Below the pieces are notes generated by a model. It was not told where the DNA came from. It worked only from the letters and a program-made list of their open reading frames with translations, and ran no database searches. Positions 43,014-52,619 of a DNA stretch of 64,000 nt are shown one piece after another. Origin of the DNA: Candidatus Melainabacteria bacterium 17Bon1m (GTDB taxonomy: Bacteria; Cyanobacteriota; Vampirovibrionia; Obscuribacterales; Obscuribacteraceae); assembly GCA_032128875.1 (NCBI GenBank), contig JAVLKG010000005.1:374778-438777 (forward strand). The letters are read 5' to 3'. A program made the position numbers and the translations under genes. Positions within the stretch are counted from its first letter, which is position 1; each line of letters begins with the position of its first letter.

Positions 43014-44246
43014 GTGGGCAAGTTAAAAACCTTCAGCCAACGCGTTCTGCGCCGACTGCGCAGAGAATTTCTCGGCGAGCAAACATCACCGTCTTGTGTG
43101 GTGGAAGACGTCTTTGCATATGTTACCGAGATTCCTTTTGGGCAATCTGTAACCATCGAAGAGGTGGCGGATAACACCATCAACTGGATAATGCCCGACT
43201 TTGGAATTGGAAGCGGCGGTCATCTGAACATCTTTCGAATGATTTCGCGCTTGCAGAAATTGGGTTTTGAAAGTCGCATTATCATTCCCGAACTGGTTTG
43301 GTCGAAAACGGCGAAAGATGCCGAAGAGCGAATCAATCAACACTTCCTTCGGCTGGATGCTCCAGTATATGTGGGACGTGAAGATATTCCTTCTGCCTGC
43401 TTCTCGTTTGCGACTGCATGGACAACTGCGTACTATCTGCGCGATTTTCAATCGACCGTGCACAAGTGTTATTTTGTTCAAGATTTTGAACCGTATTTCT
43501 ATGCTCGCAGCACCGAGTCTGCGCTCTCCGAAGAGACCTATCGGTTTGGGTTTAAAGGTTTTGCCGCCGGCGATTGGCTAGCTTCCAAGTTGGTCCGCGA
43601 CTACGGCATGGACGTAGAAGCCTTTCGTTTTTCCTATGATAAAGACCGGTATTGCGCGCCTTTAGAGCGCCGCTTGCAAACAAATAAGATCCTTTTCTAT
43701 TCTCGTCCTCCTACCCCCCGGAGAGGTTTTGAGCTGGGCTATTTGGCCTTGAAGCAGTTGATTGCGCTCAAGCCGGAGCTGCAAATTTTGTTGGCGGGCT
43801 GGGATATTTCCAACTATCGTCTGCCTAAAGGCATGAAAAATTTGGGCATTGTGCCGCTCAAAGACTTGCGCGAACTGTATCAGGAGTGTGATGCGGCATT
43901 AGTCCTCTCTTTTACGAATTTGTCCCTCGTCCCGCTCGAGCTGATGGCTTGCGGTTGCCCAGTCATCAGCAATCGAGGCGCCAATGTTGAATGGATGCTC
44001 AACGATGAAATCGTTACTCTTGCAGAACCCACTGTTCATGGGCTTGTAACCGCTCTTCTAAAAGTGATTGAAGACCATCAAGGTGCTGAAGCAAAAGCGG
44101 AAGAGGCCTTGAAATATGTCCAATCGACTGATTGGGACACGGAAACCTTAAAGTTGGCTACTTCTCTCAGAATGATGAACGAGAGAGAAAGGCAATCGGT
44201 ATGCCGTGAGGAGAAGAGCGATGCGCAGCTCCAATCTCGAATATAA
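43014..44246 (+). CDS. GT-B glycosyltransferase, WsaF-like (putative rhamnosyltransferase)
   Basis: INWIMPDFGIGSGGHLNIFRMISRL resembles the WsaF-family N-terminal signature as I recall it. The C-terminal half is GT4-like (LSLVPLELMACGCPVISN). GTG start. Confidence 0.75.
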   Translation: MGKLKTFSQRVLRRLRREFLGEQTSPSCVVEDVFAYVTEIPFGQSVTIEEVADNTINWIMPDFGIGSGGHLNIFRMISRLQKLGFESRIIIPELVWSKTAKDAEERINQHFLRLDAPVYVGREDIPSACFSFATAWTTAYYLRDFQSTVHKCYFVQDFEPYFYARSTESALSEETYRFGFKGFAAGDWLASKLVRDYGMDVEAFRFSYDKDRYCAPLERRLQTNKILFYSRPPTPRRGFELGYLALKQLIALKPELQILLAGWDISNYRLPKGMKNLGIVPLKDLRELYQECDAALVLSFTNLSLVPLELMACGCPVISNRGANVEWMLNDEIVTLAEPTVHGLVTALLKVIEDHQGAEAKAEEALKYVQSTDWDTETLKLATSLRMMNERERQSVCREEKSDAQLQSRI

Positions 44247-46551
44247 CGAAAAACTAGACCATTTGCGCTTTGCGGCATTCTTGCTGGTTTTGGTTTTCCA
44301 TACATATCACCCGGTCTATTCTTGGCTCACAAATGCTGTTGGAACTTACGCGTATACGAGACCGGTGGATCTTCTTTCAATATTTGTCGTTGATGGTCAC
44401 ACGGGCGTAGCGCTATTTCTTACCTTGAGTGGCTTTTTGTTTGCGCGCATTTGCAGCAGAACTCAAGGTTCATACTTTAGCGTGAGGAACTTCTACCTCA
44501 ATCGCTTTCTTAGAATTTATCCACTCTTCATTTTGATTTTGCTTATGGCCATCTTCTGGGGCGGCGCCCCTAACCCGTGGCCTTCATTATTGAGGTCTCT
44601 CCTAACCCTGCAAAATACTCCGGAAGCCGTTCATATCGACCAGCTAAATCATTTGTGGACTCTTGCCTGCGAATTGCAGTTCTATTTGGTTTTTCCAATT
44701 CTGCTGTGGTTGTATCGCTGCAATCATGGTTTTACTTTGCTCATACTGTTTATGGGTATCGACGTTTTTGCCTTGGCGGTCAATTATCTGCAAGCTGGTG
44801 ACACCCTCAGTCCGGCATATAGCACTATCCTCGGGCGAATCAATCAATGTATCGTAGGCATGATGCTTGGGTTCACTCTTGAGAAATTTGAGCACCGACT
44901 GCGCAGTCCTTTGTTTTTACTTCTCTCTATCGGCATTCTCAGTGCATTACTGTTTGTCTTGCACAGCTGCGGCGGTACTGTTCTGGGTGGAACAAGCCCT
45001 ATTTGGATTGTCTATCCAACATTAGAAGGACTGGCTTGGGCGGCTGTAATTGCTTCGTATGTGAGTTGTGATTTTCAATTGCCTCGTCCTCTGTCTCGCC
45101 TGTGTGCTGAGGGCGGTGCCTTGAGTTATTCATTGTATGTGTGGCACTTTTACTTTTGTTTGTTGATGATCCGCACTGTTTTACCGCTTTTGACAGATAA
45201 ACAGCATAAGTTCGCGTGGCTTCTGGCAATGCAAGATTGGCTGATTGCACATCCTTTCTTGTCTGCCGTTGTTTTTGCCTTGTTTGTAGTTTTTCCTCCT
45301 ACTTTGCTGGTTTCCATATTTACCTACAAGTATGTTGAAGTTCCATTCTTCAACTTGCGACGAAGGTACATCTTCGAAAGTAGGGCAGAACAAGCGGATT
45401 CATGCGACCCAGCGTACGATTTTAAGAAGGCACTTCAGAATATCAATTTACAGATAAGTAAATTTGCCAAAGTGAGTGCGGTAGCCGCTGCTTCGATGGT
45501 TGTGCTTCTTGTTGGCTGCGAACTTGCCTGCATTGCTTACGGAGTGCCGAAGAACGCGTTTCTTCAACCGGACGAGCAGCTCGGCACGGTGAGAATTCCG
45601 GGTCGGAAGCTTGAATGGACATTTGAAGGGTACTCTGCAGATGTACTGTCATCTGTCGGATTGCGTGACGTTGAGCATGCGAAAGAAAAGCCTCCTGGCG
45701 CAAAGCGCATAATGCTTATTGGCGATTCAATTGTTGAAGCTGTGCAGGTGCCTCTCGCGAATACTGCAGCGCGATTGTTTCAGCAAAAGCTCTACGGAGA
45801 TGGATACGAAAATGTAGAAGTCATAAACGCCGCGCATATGAACCATTCGCTCGGGCAGACAGTTTCTTACTACGACAGGCTCGCGCGTACATTCAAGCCT
45901 GATGAAGTCTATTTGGTGTTGGACTCTTTCAATGGTGACATTAATCAGCGTGCCGCATCTGATTTTTCAGTTGAAGCGCGTCCATACTTCTACGTGACTA
46001 ACAACTTTTTGCACGAGGACTCGACACTTCTACCGTCTAAATTCGAGTGTCAAACATGGCGCCTATTGTTGCAGCATAGCCGCCTTGCAAATTGGCTAGT
46101 CAATCAAGATTTGCGGCTGAAGCTTGAGAATCACTGCTATCAGGTATTTGCCCGCGAGCTGTCAGTAGCGACGAGAAGTATCTCTGCTCGAAAAATTGAG
46201 TATCCTGCTCCCGATCGGCGCGAAGTCCGAAATGCTCTTCTCAGTTTTCTCAACAGAGTAGTAAATTCTCAAGGAGCAAAGCTGACCGTTTTCACGAAGT
46301 TCTATCCTACGCCGGACCTGACTCGCAGAGATTTCGAAGAGATATCTGACTTAAGTAAGCGTGAGCGTTTCAGTTTGGTTTCGCTGGATGAAGCCCTGAT
46401 TAAGTCCGGTCCTGCTTGCTATGGCAAAGCGCATTTGACTGCACGCGGACAAGCGGTAATGTCCGAGAAGATGTACGAGACTTTCACAACTCGCGATACT
46501 GCAATTGCGAAGCTTAACTCTCGAAAAAATTTCCGAGATGTGTCAATGTAA
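44221..46551 (+). CDS. Acyltransferase-3 (AT3) membrane domain fused to a C-terminal SGNH domain (OafA/Oac-like glycan O-acyltransferase)
   Basis: KLDHLRFAAFLLVLVFHTY opens the AT3 domain, followed by about 10 TM helices, an extra TM, then RIMLIGDSIVEAV (SGNH block I). GAGGAG lies 7 nt upstream of the ATG at 44221. Confidence 0.85.
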   Translation: MRSSNLEYNEKLDHLRFAAFLLVLVFHTYHPVYSWLTNAVGTYAYTRPVDLLSIFVVDGHTGVALFLTLSGFLFARICSRTQGSYFSVRNFYLNRFLRIYPLFILILLMAIFWGGAPNPWPSLLRSLLTLQNTPEAVHIDQLNHLWTLACELQFYLVFPILLWLYRCNHGFTLLILFMGIDVFALAVNYLQAGDTLSPAYSTILGRINQCIVGMMLGFTLEKFEHRLRSPLFLLLSIGILSALLFVLHSCGGTVLGGTSPIWIVYPTLEGLAWAAVIASYVSCDFQLPRPLSRLCAEGGALSYSLYVWHFYFCLLMIRTVLPLLTDKQHKFAWLLAMQDWLIAHPFLSAVVFALFVVFPPTLLVSIFTYKYVEVPFFNLRRRYIFESRAEQADSCDPAYDFKKALQNINLQISKFAKVSAVAAASMVVLLVGCELACIAYGVPKNAFLQPDEQLGTVRIPGRKLEWTFEGYSADVLSSVGLRDVEHAKEKPPGAKRIMLIGDSIVEAVQVPLANTAARLFQQKLYGDGYENVEVINAAHMNHSLGQTVSYYDRLARTFKPDEVYLVLDSFNGDINQRAASDFSVEARPYFYVTNNFLHEDSTLLPSKFECQTWRLLLQHSRLANWLVNQDLRLKLENHCYQVFARELSVATRSISARKIEYPAPDRREVRNALLSFLNRVVNSQGAKLTVFTKFYPTPDLTRRDFEEISDLSKRERFSLVSLDEALIKSGPACYGKAHLTARGQAVMSEKMYETFTTRDTAIAKLNSRKNFRDVSM

Positions 46552-46564
46552 GGATCAAGAACAG

Positions 46565-47791
46565 ATGAAGATGCATAAGATCCTATTTCTGTTGCCGTCA
46601 CGAGCGCTCTCCGGTGGTGTTTTAGTGGCTCGTCATCATGCGATGTTGCTTGCGGCGAAGGGCTACGAAGTTACAGTCGCCTACCTTCACACCTCGGATT
46701 TAGACAACGGTTCGGTCTTGCCAATAATTGAACCGGCGCAAGAGATTCTTTATTCAGAGCTGGACCGGGACATCACTTTTGATGCTGTTGTTGCAACTTG
46801 GTGGGAAACTGCTTATCACGCCGCACAAATTAAGGCGAGAAGGTATTTCTATTTCGTTCAAGGGTTTGAAGAACGGCTTTACCCTACAGATTCAGTTTGG
46901 CCATTGCTTGTGCAACGAACCTACCAGTCCGGTTTTAACTTCATCACTGTCAACAGCGGTCTGCAAAAGTATCTTCAAAACCAGTTTGGGCAATCGTCGA
47001 TTGTAATTCCGCCTGGTATCAATCTTGATGATTACGATTGTGAGCCAAAAATTGCGCGCGGCTCGGAATCATTGAGAGTACTCGTCGAAGGGGCGCCTGA
47101 CGCTGACTATAAGCGCGTAGCGCTGGCTTTTGAAGCATTGTCGCAGATTTCTTCCGTCGAAACGGTTTATGTGTCTCCAAAGGGCAAAGCGCGACCGGAG
47201 TGGAAGGTCGATTATTTCTTTGAGAGCGTACCTCCTGCCGAGATGCCATCGATTTGCAAGTCTTGCGATTTGGTTTTAAAACTAAGCACAGACGAAAGCT
47301 TTTCGCTGCCTGTTTTGGAGTCTTTCGCAGCAGGAGCCACAGCAATTACTGCTGATTACTACGGTGGCTCGGATTTCATTGTTGATGGTAAAAACGCGCT
47401 TGTAGTGGCAGTAGATGACCTTTCTGCAGCTGTTGCGGCGTTAAGAAGACTGCAGAGCGATAGAAAGCTTTTGAGCGAACTCAAGGCTCAGGCAAAAGCG
47501 ACGGCAGCAATATACTCGTGGAACAAGATGGCGGAGAAAATGGAAAGCGCGCTGCTCGCGGGCTTTGACTTTGAAGCGCCTGAGACTCCTCCGCTAGCCG
47601 GTTGTTTGGCACAGTATCAAGCTCTACATGCGATGCGTTTGGAACTTACTCAAGCCCAATTTGAAAAAGAGCACTACAAGAGCGCACACTCGAAAGTCTC
47701 TGCCGAACTGCATGGATCGCGCGCCTATCGTGTTGGTAATTCGCTTGTAAAAGCATTTCGTTCTATTGCGCGAAATGAGGTGGAACGATGA
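46565..47791 (+). CDS. Glycosyltransferase family 1/4 (GT-B)
   Basis: MKMHKILFLLPSRALSGGV. The C-terminal half contains ESFSLPVLESFAAGATAITADYYGGSDFIVDGKNALVV (EX7E-type motif). An AGGA RBS precedes the ATG at 46565. Confidence 0.85.
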   Translation: MKMHKILFLLPSRALSGGVLVARHHAMLLAAKGYEVTVAYLHTSDLDNGSVLPIIEPAQEILYSELDRDITFDAVVATWWETAYHAAQIKARRYFYFVQGFEERLYPTDSVWPLLVQRTYQSGFNFITVNSGLQKYLQNQFGQSSIVIPPGINLDDYDCEPKIARGSESLRVLVEGAPDADYKRVALAFEALSQISSVETVYVSPKGKARPEWKVDYFFESVPPAEMPSICKSCDLVLKLSTDESFSLPVLESFAAGATAITADYYGGSDFIVDGKNALVVAVDDLSAAVAALRRLQSDRKLLSELKAQAKATAAIYSWNKMAEKMESALLAGFDFEAPETPPLAGCLAQYQALHAMRLELTQAQFEKEHYKSAHSKVSAELHGSRAYRVGNSLVKAFRSIARNEVER

Positions 47792-49137
47792 CGCGGACAA
47801 AAGTCAGTTCCTTCGCAAACAAGTTGGCACCGGCGTATCTGACTGTGTTGATGCTATATCAGTTTTTGCTCTATTTCATGATCGGCAATATTTTTCATTC
47901 ACTCTTTTTGCCGATGATAGACCACACGCATTTTGCCATTGTTTGGGTAACTACAATTATTTTGATTCCATTTTTTGCTAAAGAGTGCAAAAACGCTTGG
48001 AATGAAAAGCGGATAGCTGAGCAGATTTTTCTCGTCTCTTGTGGTGTTTTCGTTTCAATTGCTTCGCTTAAAAGGCTTGGGACTGTTGAAGCTGTGTGGG
48101 GCTTGCTTACCGCAATTACCGTGTTCATGTTTCTATTGCTCGCACCCAAGCTTCTTAAGAAGAGGCATTATGCAGTTTTATTTTGGTTTGTCTGTATTCT
48201 TGCCGGAGTTCACGCGGTTAGCCAGATTTGCTTTGTATTAGGCCAAACACAGCAGTTTTGTGGTTTTAACGTCAACATGCCACATGGGCGATTGATGCGA
48301 GTTCCACACCTTCCATTGCTGTCCCTGCTGGATGGCTATACGGGAGGGTGGTTTACTAATCCCAATTGCTTAGCCAGTTACATCATGGCGATCCCAGCAA
48401 TTTCTATATTTCTGAGTCAGTCTGCTACAACCCGCTTAAAAGCAGCCCGCTGGCTCGCTTTAAGCATCTGCGGGCTAACATCAATAAGCCTGCTTTTGAC
48501 ATTCTCCCGTGCTGCTATTCTGTCAACCATGCTTGGAATGATACCGCTGGCGGTGTACGCATTGCGTCAGCGAAAGGTTCCGGTTTTTGCATCTGTTTCT
48601 TTCTTGTTTGTCCTCGTTGGCGTGCTTTTCTTTGCACAGATGCGATTCACAACATTGGGTGATCCGCTCAGTCTCAGTGGCAGAATGGATATTTGGAACT
48701 CTGTCAGTGAATCACTCCAGCGTTTGCCGTTTTTTGGATACGGAACTTTCAGAGGCACTAACACTGGCGAAACACCTCACAATGTCTTTCTTGCAAATCT
48801 TTTGTTCTATGGCGTTCCTGGCCTTTTCTCTTTGCTTTCTATGTTAGGCTCAGGAATCTACATGATCTGGCGCCAGGTCAAACGAGAGCCTAATTACGGC
48901 GTGCTTGCTCTGTTTGGTTTTCTCTTAGCCTACATTTGCGCTTACTCGCAGATTGAGTTCGTTTTCACATGCCCTCATTCGTTTTCGAATTCGGTTGCCT
49001 TGCTGGTGTTTGGTTTCCTTATTTATCTGAGCACTATCAAGCCAAAAGACATACAAACAGTTCGAGACAATGAAGCGGAATCAGAAATTCTCACAAAGGC
49101 TGTCGCAAACGGGCTACAAAAGGCTGTTCGCACTTAA
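47788..49137 (+). CDS. O-antigen ligase/polymerase-family (Wzy_C-type) polytopic membrane protein
   Basis: About 11-12 TM helices. The large-loop motif LSGRMDIWNSVSESLQRLPFFGYGTF...TPHNVFLANLLFYGVPGL fits the R-x3-W...GxG...HN-x-(F/Y)-L Wzy_C signature. The start overlaps the previous stop (ATGA). Confidence 0.8.
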   Translation: MTRTKVSSFANKLAPAYLTVLMLYQFLLYFMIGNIFHSLFLPMIDHTHFAIVWVTTIILIPFFAKECKNAWNEKRIAEQIFLVSCGVFVSIASLKRLGTVEAVWGLLTAITVFMFLLLAPKLLKKRHYAVLFWFVCILAGVHAVSQICFVLGQTQQFCGFNVNMPHGRLMRVPHLPLLSLLDGYTGGWFTNPNCLASYIMAIPAISIFLSQSATTRLKAARWLALSICGLTSISLLLTFSRAAILSTMLGMIPLAVYALRQRKVPVFASVSFLFVLVGVLFFAQMRFTTLGDPLSLSGRMDIWNSVSESLQRLPFFGYGTFRGTNTGETPHNVFLANLLFYGVPGLFSLLSMLGSGIYMIWRQVKREPNYGVLALFGFLLAYICAYSQIEFVFTCPHSFSNSVALLVFGFLIYLSTIKPKDIQTVRDNEAESEILTKAVANGLQKAVRT

Positions 49138-49143
49138 GCGGTT

Positions 49144-51375
49144 TCACCTCTGGCAGCGCAAGTAAGCGGCTGTGATGTAATCTGACAGCGCCCCTGGGCT
49201 ATTATTGACCAAGCTAATCTCTTCAATCTCATCTGGATAATCGTCGAAAATGCGCCCGGGCTGTGTGTAAACAGCAGGCGCAGCGGGACCAAAAATTGGA
49301 ATTTCGAATGCACTCGCATTACCGCTTTTGTATCGTACAACGCAGTTAATTAGTGCAGGTTTTCCCGTGGTCAGGAAGTCTAAGGATTGAAAATTTTGAT
49401 GTGTAAATGAACCGACTGGGTGTATCGAAAGCGTCTGGGCATCAACTGTTTTCAGCTTGCTTTCCGGACTCATAGACAATGCTTGTGTGTTGAGAATATT
49501 CTCCGGCGCATACTTAATTCCTGTTTGTATTTGATCAGGCGGTGCAACAACTTCAATGCGCGGGTATTCGAAGATGGTTGTTTTGTTGCCATTATTGCGA
49601 AAACAGATGGTCACGGTTTGTCCAGAGTAGCGTTTTAGATCTACTTCGTTGACGTTGCTTTGCTTTTCGAACTCACCGTCAGAGCCTCCACCATGTTTAA
49701 TAAGAAGTTGATTCTGTGCTGGAAGACTTGCTGCCGGTGTTGCGTTCCCTTTCAAAACTTTGCAGTGGAGTCTTGCCACAGCGCTGTTCTTTGGTATCGT
49801 CACATGCCAGAAAACTTTGCTATCTCCTTGCAATGCGAGATTGAGGTGGAGATAGTTTTTCCAACTCTTTTGCCGGCTCGGATCTGAACCCTTGACCCAA
49901 AAAACGCGTCCGCCATTGACCCTCTGCAGCTCAACGGAATTCATTGCGAAGTCGCCCTGTAAGAGATATTCGCGATGTGGCGCAAATATGGACCAGCTGT
50001 TCTTTTCAAGCGGCACTGCAAGCGTGTAAGGCTCCAAATTCACCAATTTAAAAATCATTCTGGTCGCATATGTCGGCGCATGAGCGAAGTTGCGCAGCAT
50101 TGATGCAACGTAAGGTGCTCTGTTTGTTAGATAAAATTGCTTATCTTCGAAAGACTTGCTGGAGCTCAGATTCAACAAAAGCACCAATGTAAAAACTATC
50201 AATGCTCCTGCGCGTACGGCACGTTGGTACTGGGTGGCAAAGCTAAAGCAATAGAGCGCGATTCCAATCAGTCCGCACCAGTAAAGAGAACTCACAGAGC
50301 AGTTTGTTGGCGCGATGAAAGGACGTGCCGTAGCTATTAGACCTACTGTTGCTAAACCCATAATTGCGCACAGTAGTGATGGTGCTAACGCGTCCGCGAA
50401 TCTCTTTTTGTCAGTTAGCTTGAACGCGGCAAACAAAAGAAAAGTAATACACACGAGCCCGAACAGACCGGCATTAAAGGATTGTTCTAGGTGTCCATAA
50501 TGGCTTCCCGTGCCATTTGCGAATGGACGTCCCAGTATGTTCAGAAAGATTCCGAAGTTGAATCCGAGAACTTGCTCGGCAATTGACCGTGTGTGTTCCT
50601 GCCTGACAGTGAATGATGCTAAGTAAGGTGCCAAGGAAAGAACTGATGCCGCAATCGCCCATGTATAGTCACAGAGCTTGCGTTTTCCGTTTAAATAGAC
50701 TTGCACGAATAGCAGTGGCAGCGCGGTCAGGCTAAGCGCTGTTGTCCAACACCCGATCACGGCTGCCAGCGTGGATGCTATGTTAGCTGAAACTCGGCGA
50801 GGAAATCTTGCCAATGCCCAAATGCTCAAAAGGCTCATAAGCAGAGACAATTGCCAGGTGACAGCGAATGTCGGGTGAGCGAGAACTGTTGTTTGCGAGG
50901 GTGCGAACAGGATTAGGCTAAGTGGGAGAAACATCGCAAGCCTAGTATTGGCGCTGTATTTGCCGAACATGTAATCGTTCATGAGCAGAACGCGCAAAAG
51001 CAGAAGTATTAGAGAGAGGCTAAGCATCGCGGTTTGCGAGGCGGCTGTCAGTTTGCAATTCAACCAGAAGAGAGCAAGTCCGAGCGCAAAGCTGTGACCA
51101 TTGATCAGCGTGTCGCGAAAATAGTTCAACCAGTTGTAGTCACTGGCACTCATGCGCTCAATGAGTCTGAAGAAAATGACGTCGTCGTTGCTGGGTATAT
51201 CGATACCCGATGTGTAGAGAAAACTGCAAGCGCGGACAATCGGAATTAGCGCCGCCAGGGCTAAAAACAAGCAAATCGAGAAGGTGACCTTCTTACCTTG
51301 GTTTTGCTCTTCGAATTCCTGATTCTTCTGCGCTACTGTTTCCACGCTGCCTATGACATAGATGCAGGGAGCCAA
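49144..51375 (-). CDS. Large polytopic membrane protein with a ~300-aa C-terminal extracytoplasmic domain; GT-C-fold glycosyltransferase-like
   Basis: 743 aa. There are ~11-13 hydrophobic helices in the first ~430 aa. An acidic motif sits in the first loop (DIPSNDDVIFFRL). The C-terminus is beta-rich. No confident family assignment. Confidence 0.55.
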   Translation of the reverse strand: MAPCIYVIGSVETVAQKNQEFEEQNQGKKVTFSICLFLALAALIPIVRACSFLYTSGIDIPSNDDVIFFRLIERMSASDYNWLNYFRDTLINGHSFALGLALFWLNCKLTAASQTAMLSLSLILLLLRVLLMNDYMFGKYSANTRLAMFLPLSLILFAPSQTTVLAHPTFAVTWQLSLLMSLLSIWALARFPRRVSANIASTLAAVIGCWTTALSLTALPLLFVQVYLNGKRKLCDYTWAIAASVLSLAPYLASFTVRQEHTRSIAEQVLGFNFGIFLNILGRPFANGTGSHYGHLEQSFNAGLFGLVCITFLLFAAFKLTDKKRFADALAPSLLCAIMGLATVGLIATARPFIAPTNCSVSSLYWCGLIGIALYCFSFATQYQRAVRAGALIVFTLVLLLNLSSSKSFEDKQFYLTNRAPYVASMLRNFAHAPTYATRMIFKLVNLEPYTLAVPLEKNSWSIFAPHREYLLQGDFAMNSVELQRVNGGRVFWVKGSDPSRQKSWKNYLHLNLALQGDSKVFWHVTIPKNSAVARLHCKVLKGNATPAASLPAQNQLLIKHGGGSDGEFEKQSNVNEVDLKRYSGQTVTICFRNNGNKTTIFEYPRIEVVAPPDQIQTGIKYAPENILNTQALSMSPESKLKTVDAQTLSIHPVGSFTHQNFQSLDFLTTGKPALINCVVRYKSGNASAFEIPIFGPAAPAVYTQPGRIFDDYPDEIEEISLVNNSPGALSDYITAAYLRCQR

Positions 51376-52607
51376 TCAAAGTCTTTGATTGCAGAGGCTA
51401 TATCTACATCATTTTCATGAATGTATGCAAGCAGCGTTCGCGCTTGTTCTAAATCGAGTATTTTTTGTTCTACGAGTGATTTAAGCGTGTTCGCGCCGTC
51501 CATTGTCATTTGAGTCATAAAGCCGGATTCGAGCAATGAGGCAGCAAGCGACTGGCGTTTTTTTAGAGCCCTTTGCGTAGCTACCTCGAGGTCTTCAGGA
51601 TGGATACAACCCGTCACTTTCAGCAACTCGGCAACTTCCAATTCTTCTTCGAAGTACTCTTCCTGTTCCTCCAGCGCCTGCAAAACTTGAGCTATGTCCC
51701 AATCGACTGTTTCCAACTTCTTGGTCAGTTGAATTGCTTGGTCTTCTTGAAGCGCCCCTTCCATGAGCATGTTGAGAAGTTCATTCAAAGCAGTGACGCT
51801 TTTTTCAGAACAGAATCCGCAGGAGATGAGTGCTTCATCGATTGACTTATCCTCAGTCACTTCTATTTCTCGCGCTGAGATCAGTTCTCTCTCGTTTATC
51901 AAGCCGGACAGATACATCAGATATCCTATATCGCTGTAAGGATAAGGATCTTCCTCCACCACCCCTAATTCCATCAGCGGCTGCAAGAGTGGTAGCTTGC
52001 GCAATCGCGCAGACCGAAGGGCTTGCAGTACCTGGCTTCGTGTGGCAATTCCGTCGCGAATAATTCTAAGACCCAATAGAGCAGAATTTAGCAAATCAAC
52101 AGTAATGACGCCACGGTTGAGCAATACCTGCCCTAGTGGCAAAGAAGCGTTGATACCGTCAACAATTGCTTTCTCAATCTGCTTCTGCTGCGCCGCTGCC
52201 GATTCGCGCAACAGGTCTCCTAGGCGGCTTGCTTTTACGCCGGCGGCCGTGGGTAGAGCGTTGACACGAGCCACTGCTTCTTCAATGGTCAAAGCCTGCT
52301 GTTTGATGAGCTTTAGGGCAGTGACTCCATTGGTGACGGAAAGTGTGCCGTTGACAATCAGATTTTGCACTTCCAGTGCTTTTCCTAAGAGCTCTTCGGC
52401 AAGGTGCCCTTCCATCGACAGAATTCTGCCGAGCGGGACGTGCATTTTCACAGCCAGCGCGGTGCAACTGTCGAGCGTTTCCTGATCGATCATTGTCGAC
52501 TGCACAAGCAAATCGCCGATCTTGATGGGCAGAGGTTTCTCAGCCTCTGGCTGCAAGTCTTGCCCTTCGGAAAAATTGAATGGTATAAAGTACTCTTCCG
52601 ACATCAC
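51351..52607 (-). CDS. Stand-alone four-repeat MshEN/T2SSE_N-like protein, paralogue of 20091..21353
   Basis: KIGDLLVQSTMIDQETLDSCTALAVKMHVPLGRILSMEGHLAEELLGKALEVQ; RLGDLLRESAAAQQKQIEKAIVDGINASLPLGQVLLNRGVITVDLLNSALLGL; two further degenerate units follow. No ATPase or other output domain. GTG/ATG start at 52607/52604, with GGAG upstream. Confidence 0.72.
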   Translation of the reverse strand: MMSEEYFIPFNFSEGQDLQPEAEKPLPIKIGDLLVQSTMIDQETLDSCTALAVKMHVPLGRILSMEGHLAEELLGKALEVQNLIVNGTLSVTNGVTALKLIKQQALTIEEAVARVNALPTAAGVKASRLGDLLRESAAAQQKQIEKAIVDGINASLPLGQVLLNRGVITVDLLNSALLGLRIIRDGIATRSQVLQALRSARLRKLPLLQPLMELGVVEEDPYPYSDIGYLMYLSGLINERELISAREIEVTEDKSIDEALISCGFCSEKSVTALNELLNMLMEGALQEDQAIQLTKKLETVDWDIAQVLQALEEQEEYFEEELEVAELLKVTGCIHPEDLEVATQRALKKRQSLAASLLESGFMTQMTMDGANTLKSLVEQKILDLEQARTLLAYIHENDVDIASAIKDFDWLPASMS

Positions 52608-52619
52608 CTTGCTCCAAAA